Shown one piece after another: positions 51,736-64,000 of a DNA stretch of 64,000 bases. Position 1 is the first letter of the stretch. Each line of letters opens with the position of its first letter. The notes under the pieces were generated by a model that was not told the DNA's origin, searched no databases, and saw nothing but the letters and a program-made list of their open reading frames with translations. The translations under genes were made by a program, and so were the position numbers. This DNA comes from an uncultured Methanomicrobiales archaeon (GTDB lineage: Archaea; Halobacteriota; Methanomicrobia; Methanomicrobiales; Methanospirillaceae), in contig OY969100.1 of NCBI GenBank assembly GCA_963697895.1, positions 128,001-192,000 on the forward strand, written 5' to 3'.

Positions 51736-52077
51736 TTATTCACCGGCATCGCAGATCGCCAGCTGATAGATCCAGTCGAGGAGCCGGTGGCACTTCTCCA
51801 CCGTGCATTCCTCCTCGCAGGCGATGCAGGGGATGAGCTCTTCCCCCGCGAGGATATGGCAGGGATCTATCGGGCGGCGGCAGGCGATCAGGACGAATGT
51901 CTTGATCCCCTCCTTCCGGAACTCCACCCGCCGGATCAGCCCCGAATCGAGGAGCTTCTTCACGATGCGCGAACATTTCCGCGAGTCCACATCGAGGATC
52001 TTCCAGAGCTCACTCTGCAGCACTCCTTCAGGCTTGGACTGAATGAGCTTCAGTGCATCGTCTGCTGAATTGGACAT
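51736..52077 (-). CDS. Winged-helix protein with Cys cluster, likely TFE-beta / RPC34 homolog
   Basis: GVLQSELWK...SRKCSRIV..L...GLI helix-turn-helix plus PCIAC...C....C..L.DW; adjacent to lsm. Confidence 0.7.
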   Translation of the reverse strand: MSNSADDALKLIQSKPEGVLQSELWKILDVDSRKCSRIVKKLLDSGLIRRVEFRKEGIKTFVLIACRRPIDPCHILAGEELIPCIACEEECTVEKCHRLLDWIYQLAICDAGE

Positions 52078-52085
52078 GTGACCTC

Positions 52086-52322
52086 TCAGATCACAGGAGA
52101 TATCGCCAGGATGTTATTTCCCCGGATGACGACCGTGCCGAGGCTTCGCCCGCGCTGGTCCCCCTCAAATTCGATCGTCTCCTCCATGTGGATATTCAGA
52201 TACTCATCCACAGCGACCAGTCGACCCTGCAACTTCTTCCCTTCATCCTTTATTTCGACGGTAATTTTCGAATCCACGAGAGAAAAAACCTTTTTGATTG
52301 GCAATACGATACCGTTGACCAT
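52086..52322 (-). CDS. Sm/Lsm RNA-binding protein
   Basis: GRLVAVDEYLNI (Sm1) and LGTVVIRGNNI (Sm2). Confidence 0.92.
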   Translation of the reverse strand: MVNGIVLPIKKVFSLVDSKITVEIKDEGKKLQGRLVAVDEYLNIHMEETIEFEGDQRGRSLGTVVIRGNNILAISPVI

Positions 52323-52419
52323 CTGCCTTAATTTGGAGGGCAAGATGATTAAAGTTTGTGCACCGGCAAGAGGCCTGGAATATGACACCCTGCGGTTATC
52401 GTGCCATTCCGGGTTGCCT

Positions 52420-52650
52420 TCCGGCTATCCGGCCATGCTTCAGGATGCCCGGGCCCCGGTCGCCGGTAAGCTGCCGGCTGTCCTGTCCTGCTCCGAGATG
52501 TCCCAGGTACCGAATCGCCCGGCAGGCCTTCCGGCTGTACTGTCCCGCTCCGAGATGTATCGGGTACCGATCGCTTGGAGTCTTCCGGTCGTCCCGGCCA
52601 TGCTTCAGGATGTTCGGGTCCCGATCACCGTCAGCTTCCGGTTACCCGGC
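52420..52650. repeat. Degenerate ~50 bp intergenic repeats
   Basis: CCGGCCATGCTTCAGGATG occurs twice; CCGGCTGT.CTGTCC.GCTCCGAGATGT...GGTACCGA occurs twice. Confidence 0.6.
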
Positions 52651-54248
52651 CACCTGTCGACAGAGTGATCCCGGGTGCGAATCGTCCGGGACGGAGAAAA
52701 CCTTCTCACAGGTCGGGAACGACGTAGACTCTTCTTCTGCGGGTCGAAACCCTCCGGCGGGTGGCCTTCTTTCAGGGGGACTGCATATCGCTCCGCCCCC
52801 TTGAGCAGGTAATAAACGGCAAGCCTGCCGATCGTGAGGGAGATGATCCCCCCGCCGGTCATGGTGTGGGAGAGTCCGTGGGCGACCTGCACATCGTGCT
52901 CCATGCAGGCGCCGAAGAGCTGCCAGCGTGCCGGGGTCATCTGTGTCGCCGAGAAGGATTTACTCTCCGAGAGGCGTGCCGGGTCCATCGAGACGAAGTT
53001 CATCGGGACGACGAGCGCCCGGAGCCCTTTGATCCGGTCCATCAGCTCCAGGCTCTTCTGCACGTCCTCCTCCTCCTCGCCCGGGAGCCCGACGATCATC
53101 GTGCCCGCGATCGCCCAGTTCAGGTCGTGGAGGATCCCGAGGCTCTCGACCACGATATCCGGCCAGAGTTCAGGCCCGGAGGGGGCAGGTTTCCCCCGCA
53201 TGTGCTTCGCGATCAGTTTCGGGCTCCCGGTCTCGATCCCCGTCTGCGCCCCGAGGAACGGTACTTCGGGAAGGCTGTTCATGTAATCGGAGATCTCCTC
53301 GACCAGCCGCGGGTTATGATAGACCGTGGCGAGGGCAATGTGCGAGAACCCGATATTGGTGATCCCCTCGACCTTCCCCACCCGTTTGACGAGGGAGATC
53401 AGCTTCTCCGGATCGGGGTGAATCGGACGCCCCCCGTAGCAGAGCATGTCCTCCGCGTGGAGCAGGGAGCCGCGGTTACCCGCCCGGGCATTGACCTCCG
53501 TATCCCGGATGATCTGGTCGGCGGGTTTATGCCGGAGAGACTGGAGGGTCGGGGTGCAGAATGCGCAGCCCCGTCCGCACCCCCGGGAACACTCGACCAA
53601 CCCGTGGATCGTGGCATGGACCAGGGGCGGGATCTCCGCGGCCGGCACCTCCTCCCCGGTGATGATCGGCGGCACCACCTCACCGGCCAGGATCGCGGCA
53701 AATGCCTTCGGCACCGACCGTTCCCCTTCCCCGAGGTGCACGTGATCGATCCCCAGCCGCTCCCGGATATGGGGAGGTACCAGCTGCCAGGCGCTCTTTC
53801 CGCCGGCGACCGTGGTTGCCTTCCGCATCACCGGGTGCGCCATCAGCGCGAAGAACTTCATCCGGTTGTAAGGCGGGCCCGTCCGGACGAAATCGGAGAA
53901 GGTGGATGTCGGCGGGTTGATCCCGAGGAAATCATGCCCCGTGATCGAGACGATCCGGGTTTCATCCCCCGCCATCCGGGAGAGATCCCGGGGGTGGACG
54001 ACTGCGACCTCGTCCTCCGTAAACCCGTGCGAGAGGAGTGCCGCCTCGATCGACCGGACTCCGCCGTCGGCAAAGAGGGCCCGGCCGTGTTTCCGGGGTA
54101 CCGGCGGTCCGAAGGCATGGAAAAACATCCAGTCTGGCATGATCCCGCTCGGGGCACACATGGTAAACCCCGTGAATATGCCTCCCCGGTATTTGCTCAT
54201 CATCGTCTCGTCGGCCGTGAGGATGATCGCTGGCGATCTGCGTGACAT
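52605..54248 (-). CDS. Radical SAM protein with B12-binding-like N-terminal region; true stop possibly at 52706
   Basis: SRGCGRGCAFC, GIETGS, GLPGE. Deleting one base at ~52730 gives a C-terminus KKVYVVPDL*. Confidence 0.8.
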   Translation of the reverse strand: MSRRSPAIILTADETMMSKYRGGIFTGFTMCAPSGIMPDWMFFHAFGPPVPRKHGRALFADGGVRSIEAALLSHGFTEDEVAVVHPRDLSRMAGDETRIVSITGHDFLGINPPTSTFSDFVRTGPPYNRMKFFALMAHPVMRKATTVAGGKSAWQLVPPHIRERLGIDHVHLGEGERSVPKAFAAILAGEVVPPIITGEEVPAAEIPPLVHATIHGLVECSRGCGRGCAFCTPTLQSLRHKPADQIIRDTEVNARAGNRGSLLHAEDMLCYGGRPIHPDPEKLISLVKRVGKVEGITNIGFSHIALATVYHNPRLVEEISDYMNSLPEVPFLGAQTGIETGSPKLIAKHMRGKPAPSGPELWPDIVVESLGILHDLNWAIAGTMIVGLPGEEEEDVQKSLELMDRIKGLRALVVPMNFVSMDPARLSESKSFSATQMTPARWQLFGACMEHDVQVAHGLSHTMTGGGIISLTIGRLAVYYLLKGAERYAVPLKEGHPPEGFDPQKKSLRRSRPVRRFSPSRTIRTRDHSVDRWPGNRKLTVIGTRTS

Positions 54249-54460
54249 ATCGAATATTTCCCTTCTCTCTCGTGTAATGATGGATGATTTAAATATCCTG
54301 ATACCTGATAAAATTTATGCCCCCACATGGCACAGGGCCGTGAACACCGGAAATATCTGGCGTTTCCTGGTCCATCGAACGTGTTTCGTCTCCGTCCTGA
54401 ACCATATGCAACCGCGGATACGTTCCTATCATGGAATGGGGAACCGGAAAAAAAATTGTT

Positions 54461-55558
54461 TTAATCGGGAATCGGCTTCCAGCGATCTTTTAACTTTTTC
54501 TCGACGCCGGGGAGGGTCGTGTACTCCATCTCGTCGAGGGAGAGCCGGTGCGGTTCAAACGGCCCGTGCGCCCGCATCACGTCGGCCAGCTCGTTGCACC
54601 GGTCCCGGACCCGGTTATATGCCGGGTCGTCGAACATGTCGACCGGGCCGATCAGCTTCCCGTTCGAGACCTGGAACCCGAGGCAGATCACCCGGGGCGG
54701 CCCGTCGAACCGGGTGCAGTTCGCGTCCGGCAGCCCCACCGGCATGAACGGCCCGTGATGCGACCCCCGCATCCAGCCGGCGACGAAGATCGGTATCGTG
54801 AACGGGTCGATCACCTCGCCGACCGAGGGAAGGCCGCTCTGTGCCCGGACGATCATGACGGGATCGTCCTTCCCGACGTACCGGCCGGCCATCAGGTTCA
54901 GCCGCTGCGTGCTCGTGCATGCGGCGACCAGGCCGTCCTTCCGCCAGACGCCCTTCACCACGTACCGGGACGGCGCCCCGATGTACGCGAGGAGGTCGTA
55001 TGACTCCTCCGGGGTCCTGAACCGGACCAGCCGCTTGTCGATGACGTCGTGCACCTCGAAGATGAATCCGTCGTGCATCCCGGGATCGATCACGAGGCCC
55101 GGGTTGGACATCGGGTCGGCAAAGATCTTGTACAGGAAGAAGTTCCATGCACCCGGCTCGGTCTTGTCTGCCATGAAGACGAGTACCGGGTCGCTTCCCC
55201 GCTCCTCGAACTCCATCTCGGCCACACCGGGGCCCATCCCCTTCACGTTGCCCGAAAAGGCATCGGAAAGGATGTCCTGTCCCGCCCCGTAGAGCTTCAT
55301 CTCCTTTGCGATCGCGGCGCATTCGGTGAAGACCTTCCACGCCAGGCGGTGGATCTCGGGGTCGTCCTCGCCCCGGGTATGGGTCATGATCAGCTCGAGG
55401 TCGTCCCCGCAGTGCGTGACGAGCGAGTCGATCAGGAGGCGCCCCTCCTCAGCTTTCACTATCTGGGCCGCCCGCTCGAGGAGCTTCGGGTGGGTACGGG
55501 AGTGGCCGGGAAAACTGCCGACATCCGCTTTTATGACAGATACGGTCGTCTTCACCAT
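54461..55558 (-). CDS. fbp: Fructose-1,6-bisphosphate aldolase/phosphatase
   Basis: IKADVGS.PGH, CGDD, LYGAGQD, ADKTEPGAWN, YVGKDDP, GWMRGSH, EYTTLP. Confidence 0.97.
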   Translation of the reverse strand: MVKTTVSVIKADVGSFPGHSRTHPKLLERAAQIVKAEEGRLLIDSLVTHCGDDLELIMTHTRGEDDPEIHRLAWKVFTECAAIAKEMKLYGAGQDILSDAFSGNVKGMGPGVAEMEFEERGSDPVLVFMADKTEPGAWNFFLYKIFADPMSNPGLVIDPGMHDGFIFEVHDVIDKRLVRFRTPEESYDLLAYIGAPSRYVVKGVWRKDGLVAACTSTQRLNLMAGRYVGKDDPVMIVRAQSGLPSVGEVIDPFTIPIFVAGWMRGSHHGPFMPVGLPDANCTRFDGPPRVICLGFQVSNGKLIGPVDMFDDPAYNRVRDRCNELADVMRAHGPFEPHRLSLDEMEYTTLPGVEKKLKDRWKPIPD

Positions 55559-55756
55559 GGCACATCCCTCATCGGTATCTGGTGGTTTGCCATCTGCATC
55601 GCCTTTACGTGAGAATCTGGTTCGGAATTTACGAATCGAATCACACAGGTATTGCGCCCTGTCTCTAAAAAGGTGTTGGAACGTGACGCGGGACGATCGA
55701 AAAAGGAGGAAAGGGGGCCCGGTCTCCCAGGGGCGTTTTGGAATTCCGGCCCGGTT

Positions 55757-56185
55757 TTACTGGTACCCCTGAGGGGTCGCCGGGGGCCGCTCGCGGTAGC
55801 TGACCTCGAGCACGCCGTGCCGGAAGCTGATCGCGACCGAATCCCGGTCGGCCGGCGGGACCTCTGCACTCGTCTCGAAGGACCGGTTCCCGTCGCAGGC
55901 CCGGATATGGACGGTGGTGCCCCGGAAGAGCACCTGGACGTTCTCGGCAGACATCCCCGGCAGTTCGGTGATCAGCTTCACCTCGTTTCCGACGCGGTGG
56001 ATCTCGACATCCGGCGCATGGTCCGTCTCCGGTGCGGCCGCGAGGCCGGCCGGGGGCTGCATGATGATCACCTTGATCCCGATCAGGATCGGCTTCTCGT
56101 TTCCCTGGCTTTGTGACTCGGCAATGATACGGCGGATCATCTCGTCGATCCCCGTGAAATCGGTGTCGTTTGGTTGGATTCCCAT
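55757..56185 (-). CDS. Hsp20/alpha-crystallin-like protein
   Basis: ITELPGM, FRHGVLEV; downstream of cdc48. Confidence 0.75.
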   Translation of the reverse strand: MGIQPNDTDFTGIDEMIRRIIAESQSQGNEKPILIGIKVIIMQPPAGLAAAPETDHAPDVEIHRVGNEVKLITELPGMSAENVQVLFRGTTVHIRACDGNRSFETSAEVPPADRDSVAISFRHGVLEVSYRERPPATPQGYQ

Positions 56186-56203
56186 CGATGTATGCTCTCT
56201 GGA

Positions 56204-58596
<2,393 letters not shown>

Positions 58597-58621
58597 GGAT
58601 AACTCCTGTACGCATAATTTA

Positions 58622-58652
58622 CCTAAAGTTAGGGTTTAATAATATATAAAAA
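58622..58652 (-). promoter_or_regulatory. Putative TATA box and inverted-repeat operator upstream of cdc48-hsp20
   Basis: Minus strand reads TTTTATATATTATTAAACCCTAACTTTAGG; CCTAA-AG-TTAGG inverted repeat at 58622-58633. Confidence 0.4.
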
Positions 58653-58676
58653 TAACGTAAAAACAGAAGCACATAA

Positions 58677-59246
58677 TCACGGCGGATTACAGCGCAAAAT
58701 GCCTTTCTCCGTCACAATAATGTCCATTCCGACATCGTTTGCATCGGCGGGGATCGCTGCCGCCTCCTGGCAGGTGAAGGCGACCCCGATCTTCCGGAGA
58801 CCCGGGTGTGCGGCAAGGAAGCGGTCATAGTACCCGGCCCCGTACCCGAGCCGGTGGCCCGACCGGTCATAGGCGATCACCGGGACCACGACCGTCCGGA
58901 TCTCTTCGGGGCGGGCGGGGTCTTCGTTCCCGATCGGCTCCGGGACAGAGAACGTGCTTGGTATCAGGCATGAGACCCGGGTGATATAGGACAACCGGAG
59001 GCTGCAGGTTTCCCGCTCGATGATCGGGACCACGACCCGGGTGCCGCGGGAGAGGAGACCGGTGATGAGCTCTTCGGTCCTCACCTCGGGGGGCTTCGAC
59101 GCATACACCATCACCGGATCTTCGCCATCGACAAGCCGGAGTACCTGGGCGCAGATCGACCGGCTCTTCTCCCGGATCTCCCCGGGAGAGAGACCGGAAC
59201 GCCGTGCCCGGGCCGCTTCCCGGATCTCCTGCTTGGAACGGGACAT
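58677..59246 (-). CDS. 5-formyltetrahydrofolate cyclo-ligase family
   Basis: KQEIR, VPEP, VVVPVIAYD..GHRLGYGAGYYDRFL. Confidence 0.92.
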   Translation of the reverse strand: MSRSKQEIREAARARRSGLSPGEIREKSRSICAQVLRLVDGEDPVMVYASKPPEVRTEELITGLLSRGTRVVVPIIERETCSLRLSYITRVSCLIPSTFSVPEPIGNEDPARPEEIRTVVVPVIAYDRSGHRLGYGAGYYDRFLAAHPGLRKIGVAFTCQEAAAIPADANDVGMDIIVTEKGILRCNPP

Positions 59247-59327
59247 CGCTACCGGTACTATGCACCGGACGGCATCTTAAAGCGTGACGAACCGGCATCG
59301 TTAAGCGGATAACGAAACTCACGGCTC

Positions 59328-59456
59328 TTACAGGTCCCTGCCTTCTGCAAGGACCGTCTGGATAAGGATATTGCCTCTGCGGACCATCTCATCGAACTCC
59401 TGGGAAGTATAACAGAGGGCTTCGACCGGCAGGTCGGTCAGGTCACGAATGAACAT
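59328..59456 (-). pseudogene. C-terminal remnant of a minimal nucleotidyltransferase (MNT)
   Basis: MFIRDLTDLPVEALCYTSQEFDEMVRRGNILIQTVLAEGRDL* resembles MNT C-termini; the GS...DxD half is missing. Confidence 0.5.
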
Positions 59457-59535
59457 TCCCGTTCTTAAAAACGCCCGGGAACTTCGGTATTCCTGGCAAA
59501 AAGACGGGAACGGAAAAAAAGGGGTATAGTTTTCC

Positions 59536-60814
59536 CTAGAACTTGAAGTGCCGGTTCACGATCTTGATCGCACAGTAATCGCCGCACATCGTGCAGGCTT
59601 CCGCATCCGCGGGCAGCCGCTCCGCCCGGATCTGCCGGGCACGTTCCGGGTTCATCGCGACCTGGAACTGCCGTTCCCAGTCCAGGTCCCGGCGGGCATG
59701 CCCCATCTCGAGGTCGGCCTCGCGGGTCTTCTTCAGCTTGATCATGTCCCCGACGTGGGCGGCGATCCGGGAGCTGATCACGCCTTCGTAGACCTCTTCG
59801 GGGGTGGGCAGCGCCAGGTGCTCGGCGGGGGTGACGTAGCAGATGAAGTCGGCACCGCAGGCAGAGGAGATCGCGGCACCGATCGCGGCGACCCGGTCGT
59901 CGTATCCCGGGGCGATGTCGGTGACGAGCGGGCCGAGCATATAGAACGGCTTCCGGTTCGTCACCCGTCTTCTCGAGGACGACGTTCGCCTGGATCTCGT
60001 CGAGGGGGACATGGCCCGGCCCCTCGACGATCACCTGGACCCCGTCGGCATGGGCTTTGTCCGCGAGCTCCGCATTGATCAGGAGCTCCTGGATCCCGGC
60101 CCGGTCGGTCGCGTCGTGGATCGCCCCGGCCCGCATCCCGTTCCCCATCGAGAGGGTGACCTCGTGCTCCTTCATGATCTCGAGGAGGTAGTCGAACTCG
60201 GCGTACAGCGGGTTCTCCTTCTCGTTGTGGATCATCCACGCGGTCATGAACGCACCGCCCCGGGATACGAGTCCGCAGTGCCTGCCCTGGTTCCGGAGCC
60301 GCTTCACCGTCTCCCAGTTGATCCCGGTGTGGATCGCCATGAAGTTGGTCCCGAGTTTCGCCTGCTCGGCGGTGATCCGGAAGAGGTCGTCCTCCCGCAT
60401 GTGGACCACCGCGCCGTCCCGCTCCGCTGCCTCGATGAACGCCTGGTACAGCGGGACGCTCCCGACCGAGAGGGAGGTCGCCGCGATCACCCGCCGCCGG
60501 ATCTCGGCAAAGTCCCCGCCGGTGGAGAGCTCCATCAGGGTGTCGGCCCCGGCGAGCTCCGCCTGCCGTGCCTTCTCGATCTCCATATCGATATCGACGA
60601 TATCCGAAGAGGTGCCGATGGACGCGTTCACCTTCGTCCGGAGCCCCTCCCCGATCCCGCAGATCTTCACGTCGCGGTAGGGGGAGACGGGGATCACGAT
60701 ATGGCCGTCGACGATCCCCCGCCGGATGAACTCCTCCGGGACCTGTTCCGCTGCAGCGACCGTTCTCATCGCCTCGTTGATGATGCCTGCCCGGGCATCT
60801 CCGATCATGCTCAT
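59536..60814 (-). CDS. thiC: Phosphomethylpyrimidine synthase, +1 frameshift near 59968
   Basis: [49 protein letters not shown]. One extra A in GAG AAG A CGG. Confidence 0.95.
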
Positions 60815-61038
60815 GGATCAGAGGTGCGCCAAAAGACCAGATAAAAGGCTCGGTTATCCGAAAAAGACTCAATCTGGCTTGTTCTCTCCGCAAGTAAAGT
60901 TGATCTTCCTCAAGGAAAGAAAAGTTGTGCAACGGGGACCTCCCCGGGGATGCCGCCCGGGCCACCGGGTGCCGCCCCGCTTCAATAGATTGAATAAACC
61001 GTCCTTCCCTATTAGTACTCACAACGGGGAGTCGTGTT

Positions 61039-61839
61039 TTGCAGGTAAACTTCGGCGGATTTATCGATACCAGCACCGTTGACTGGCCCGGGAGGGCGGT
61101 CTGCACGGTCTTTCTCCGGGGATGCCCGCTCCGGTGCTCCTATTGCCATAACGCCCCGATCCAGACCGGGCAGACCTGGTGCGATACCGACGAGGTGATC
61201 TCCCTCATCGAATCGGCGCGCATCGCGATCAGCGGGGTCGTATTCTCCGGCGGCGAACCGACGATGCAGAAAGAGGCGCTCACCGTCCTTGCCCGGGCGG
61301 CACGATCGATGGGGCTCGGCGTAGGAATCCAGACGAACGGGTACTTCCCGGAGACGCTCGATCACCTGATCCGTGAGGGTCTCCTGGATCGGGTGGCACT
61401 GGACTACAAGATGCGGTGGGAAGGATACAGCAAGCACTGGGAGGGGTACGGCGATATCTGCCGGGAGGACTATACCCGGCAGGTGCGCAGATCCCTGGCT
61501 GTCTGCCGGTCGGCCCGGTCCCGGGATGCGCTCTCCGAGTTCGAGGTGGTGGTGACGATCTTCCGGGGCAACCGGGACGAGGTGCTCGCGATCGCCCGGG
61601 AAGCGGACGGGACGGACCTGGTGCTCCAGCAGGGAGTGCACAAGCACCCCTGGTCCCCGGGAAAGGAGATCGAAGATATCCGGCAGGGAACTCCTGAGAT
61701 CGACCGTTCCCCGTACAGCCTTGAGGAACTGCGCCTGATCGCCGACCGGATCGGAAGGCCGGTCAGGATCCGAACCCACGAGGGAGGTGAGTCCGTCTAT
61801 GCGGGTGATCGGGGTCGTCGGGCTGCCTGCCAGCGGTAA
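61039..61839 (+). CDS. Anaerobic ribonucleotide reductase activating protein family (radical SAM)
   Basis: STVDWPG, FLRGCPLRCSYCHN, SGGEPT, QTNG, LDYK. Confidence 0.88.
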   Translation: MQVNFGGFIDTSTVDWPGRAVCTVFLRGCPLRCSYCHNAPIQTGQTWCDTDEVISLIESARIAISGVVFSGGEPTMQKEALTVLARAARSMGLGVGIQTNGYFPETLDHLIREGLLDRVALDYKMRWEGYSKHWEGYGDICREDYTRQVRRSLAVCRSARSRDALSEFEVVVTIFRGNRDEVLAIAREADGTDLVLQQGVHKHPWSPGKEIEDIRQGTPEIDRSPYSLEELRLIADRIGRPVRIRTHEGGESVYAGDRGRRAACQR

Positions 61840-62347
61840 GGGAGAATTCTCCCGGATCGCAGGAGAAATGGGGATTCCGGTCGTGGTCATGGGGGACATC
61901 ATCCGGCAGGCGGTGGTGGAGGCCGCGCTCCCCCTCTCGGACCTGAACATGGGAGAGGTCTCCCGGGGGCTCCGTGAGCGCGAGGGGATGGACGCGATCG
62001 CCCGCCGCTGCATCCCGGTGATCGAGGCGACCGGTGCGCCCGTCGTCCTCGTCGACGGGATACGGGGGGATGCGGAGGTCGACGCGTTCCGCCGGCATTT
62101 CGAGGATTTCATCCTGATCGGTATCGAATCTGCGTTCGAAACCCGGTTGCGGAGGCTCTCGGAACGGGGCCGGCCGGACGATCTCCTCGACGGGGAGGAG
62201 CTCCTGCTCCGCGACCGGCGTGAGGTCTCCTGGGGACTGGACCGCGCCCTCTCGATGGCGGACTATATCCTCGAGAACGACGGGTCGCTCGAGGCCTTCA
62301 CCGGGACGGTCAGGGAACTTCTCACCCGCCTCCGGGGCACGACATGA
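61799..62347 (+). CDS. P-loop nucleotide kinase (UPF0200 / dephospho-CoA-kinase-like)
   Basis: GLPASGKG, MGDIIR, VDGIR, RGRPDD, RDRRE..WG. Confidence 0.82.
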   Translation: MRVIGVVGLPASGKGEFSRIAGEMGIPVVVMGDIIRQAVVEAALPLSDLNMGEVSRGLREREGMDAIARRCIPVIEATGAPVVLVDGIRGDAEVDAFRRHFEDFILIGIESAFETRLRRLSERGRPDDLLDGEELLLRDRREVSWGLDRALSMADYILENDGSLEAFTGTVRELLTRLRGTT

Positions 62348-63117
62348 GGTTTCCCCTCTATTTCTCCTCGTCGGCAAAGGTCTGGGAGGAGATCTCCTGG
62401 GTGTACGGGATCGAGGAGGCCGGCTACGAGGGATGGGAGGTGGTCGCAGACGGCCGGTACCGGCTGGACGACCCGGAGAATCTCAAAGAGATCACCGACG
62501 TGCTCGAGAGCACCCGGCTCCGTGCATCCGTCCATGCCCCGTACGGGGACCTGAACCTCGCCACGCTGAACTACCCGATCTGGCGGGAATCGATCCGCCA
62601 GATCGTCGGCTGCATCACCCATGCCGCATCGTTCGCCGACCGGGTGACGATCCATCCGGGGTACCTCTCCCCGGCCGGCAAGATGATGCCCGACCGTGCC
62701 TGGAGCCGGCAGAAAGAGGCATTAACAGAGATCGGCCGCGTTGCCGCCGATAACGGGGTCCTCGCCTGCCTCGAGAACATGATCGGGGTGAAGGAGTTCC
62801 TCTGCCGCGAGCCCGGGGAGCTGCTCGGGATGACCGAAGGGATCGAGGGGATCGGTATCACGATCGATATCGGGCATGCGCACACGATCGGGCAGGTCGA
62901 TGCGTTCCTCCCGTGTCTTTCCCGTGCCCGGCATCTCCACATCCATGACAACCACGGGTCCTCCGATGAACACCTGGCCCTGGGAGACGGCACGATCGAC
63001 TGGGAGCGGGTCGGCAGGGCCGTCGCCCGGGACTACCACGGGGTGGTCGTGGTGGAGGGCCGCTCGGTCGAAGAAGGCCGGAAAAGCCGTGCAGCAGTGG
63101 AGAGGTGGTTTGTATAG
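62344..63117 (+). CDS. Sugar phosphate isomerase/epimerase (TIM barrel)
   Basis: SVHAP, TIHPG, LENM, DIGHA, HIHDN...DEH, VVE. Confidence 0.88.
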   Translation: MRFPLYFSSSAKVWEEISWVYGIEEAGYEGWEVVADGRYRLDDPENLKEITDVLESTRLRASVHAPYGDLNLATLNYPIWRESIRQIVGCITHAASFADRVTIHPGYLSPAGKMMPDRAWSRQKEALTEIGRVAADNGVLACLENMIGVKEFLCREPGELLGMTEGIEGIGITIDIGHAHTIGQVDAFLPCLSRARHLHIHDNHGSSDEHLALGDGTIDWERVGRAVARDYHGVVVVEGRSVEEGRKSRAAVERWFV

Positions 63118-64000
63118 CCGGAGAAACGCTCCAGGTCTTCTTCCTCGGCACCGCGGGGGCGCTTCCCACCCCGTCACGGAATCCCCCGTGCATCATGGTG
63201 AAGCGGGGACCGGACACCCTGCTCTTTGACTGCGGCGAAGGGGCGCAGCAGCAGATGATGCGGGCGAGGACGGGTTTCCTGGTCGATGCGATCTTCATCA
63301 CGCACTGGCATGCGGACCATTTTCTCGGGATCATCGGCCTGCTCCAGACCCTCTCGTTCACGGGAAGGAAAGACCCGCTCCCGATATACGGCCCTGCATG
63401 GGTGCACGAGTGCGTCTCGGCGATCCGGCAGATCTGCCGGTTCAACCTGAAATTTCTCCTCACCTCGATCGAGATGGAGCATGGTTCGGCGGTCCGGTTC
63501 AACGGCTACACGGTGACGGCATTCTCGACCGACCACGGGCTCGCCGGGGTCGGGTACATCCTCGCCGAAGACCCCCGGCCGGGGAGGTTCGACCGGGAGC
63601 GTGCGGTCGAGCTCGGGGTGCCGCCCGGTCCGCTCTTCGGGCGGCTCCAGCGGGGGGAAACGGTCTGCATTGGGCGGGATGGCCAGGCAGTGGATATCCT
63701 GCCCGGGCAGGTGATGGGACCGCCCCGGCCGGGGAGGATGATCGTGTATACCGGGGATACCCGCCCGGTCCATTCGCGGATCCGGGACCTGGCGGAGCGG
63801 CCCGATCTCCTGATCCATGACGCGACGTACGATGACGAGGCGGGAGACCGGGCGCGTGAGGTCTTTCATTCCACGGCCGGCGAGGCGGGGGAAGCCGCGA
63901 CGGTCCTCGGGGCGGGCACGCTTGCACTCGTGCATCTCAGTTCGCGGTACACCACGCAGGCAGGCCATATCCGGGATGCCGGTAAACGGTTCAGCGGGGC
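63105..64000 (+). CDS. rnz: Ribonuclease Z, runs off window end
   Basis: FLGTAGALPT..RN, FDCGEG, THWHADH, GP-rich exosite (PGRFD...GVPPGP), YTGDT. Start is GTG 63105 or ATA 63114. Confidence 0.92.
   Translation, partial: MVCIAGETLQVFFLGTAGALPTPSRNPPCIMVKRGPDTLLFDCGEGAQQQMMRARTGFLVDAIFITHWHADHFLGIIGLLQTLSFTGRKDPLPIYGPAWVHECVSAIRQICRFNLKFLLTSIEMEHGSAVRFNGYTVTAFSTDHGLAGVGYILAEDPRPGRFDRERAVELGVPPGPLFGRLQRGETVCIGRDGQAVDILPGQVMGPPRPGRMIVYTGDTRPVHSRIRDLAERPDLLIHDATYDDEAGDRAREVFHSTAGEAGEAATVLGAGTLALVHLSSRYTTQAGHIRDAGKRFSG

Noticed and set aside
60815-61038. TPP riboswitch upstream of thiC
   Set aside because: The conserved TPP aptamer core was not recognisable.

Overview
Archaeal chromosomal segment, most likely from a Methanomicrobiales methanogen (inferred from AglB, FBP aldolase/phosphatase, FmdE, Lsm, a TFE-beta-like gene, CDC48 and RNase Z). 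Bases ~1-47 kb form a large mosaic surface-glycan locus. It holds a Wzm/Wzt exporter, about ten GT2/GT4 enzymes, a nonulosonate (NeuB/NeuA) operon with a CBS-fused nucleotide-sugar dehydrogenase, and an AglB/STT3 oligosaccharyltransferase. It also carries a dense set of tailoring enzymes: two ATP-grasp ligases, AsnB, two QueC-like PP-loop proteins, two radical SAM enzymes, a TylF-like methyltransferase, acyltransferases, and a chorismate-enzyme/SDR/GpsA cassette. tRNA-Gln(TTG) lies at 44091-44163, and housekeeping genes follow from ~50 kb. The strongest novelty is the AglB. It keeps its catalytic and metal-binding residues but has lost the sequon-recognition pocket (WWDYG is RWPAG; DK lysine absent), suggesting a non-N-X-S/T acceptor. 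Five intergenic tandem arrays are present, three with clear hairpin units; none is CRISPR. About ten single-base frameshifts, including in cdc48 and thiC, look like consensus sequence errors.
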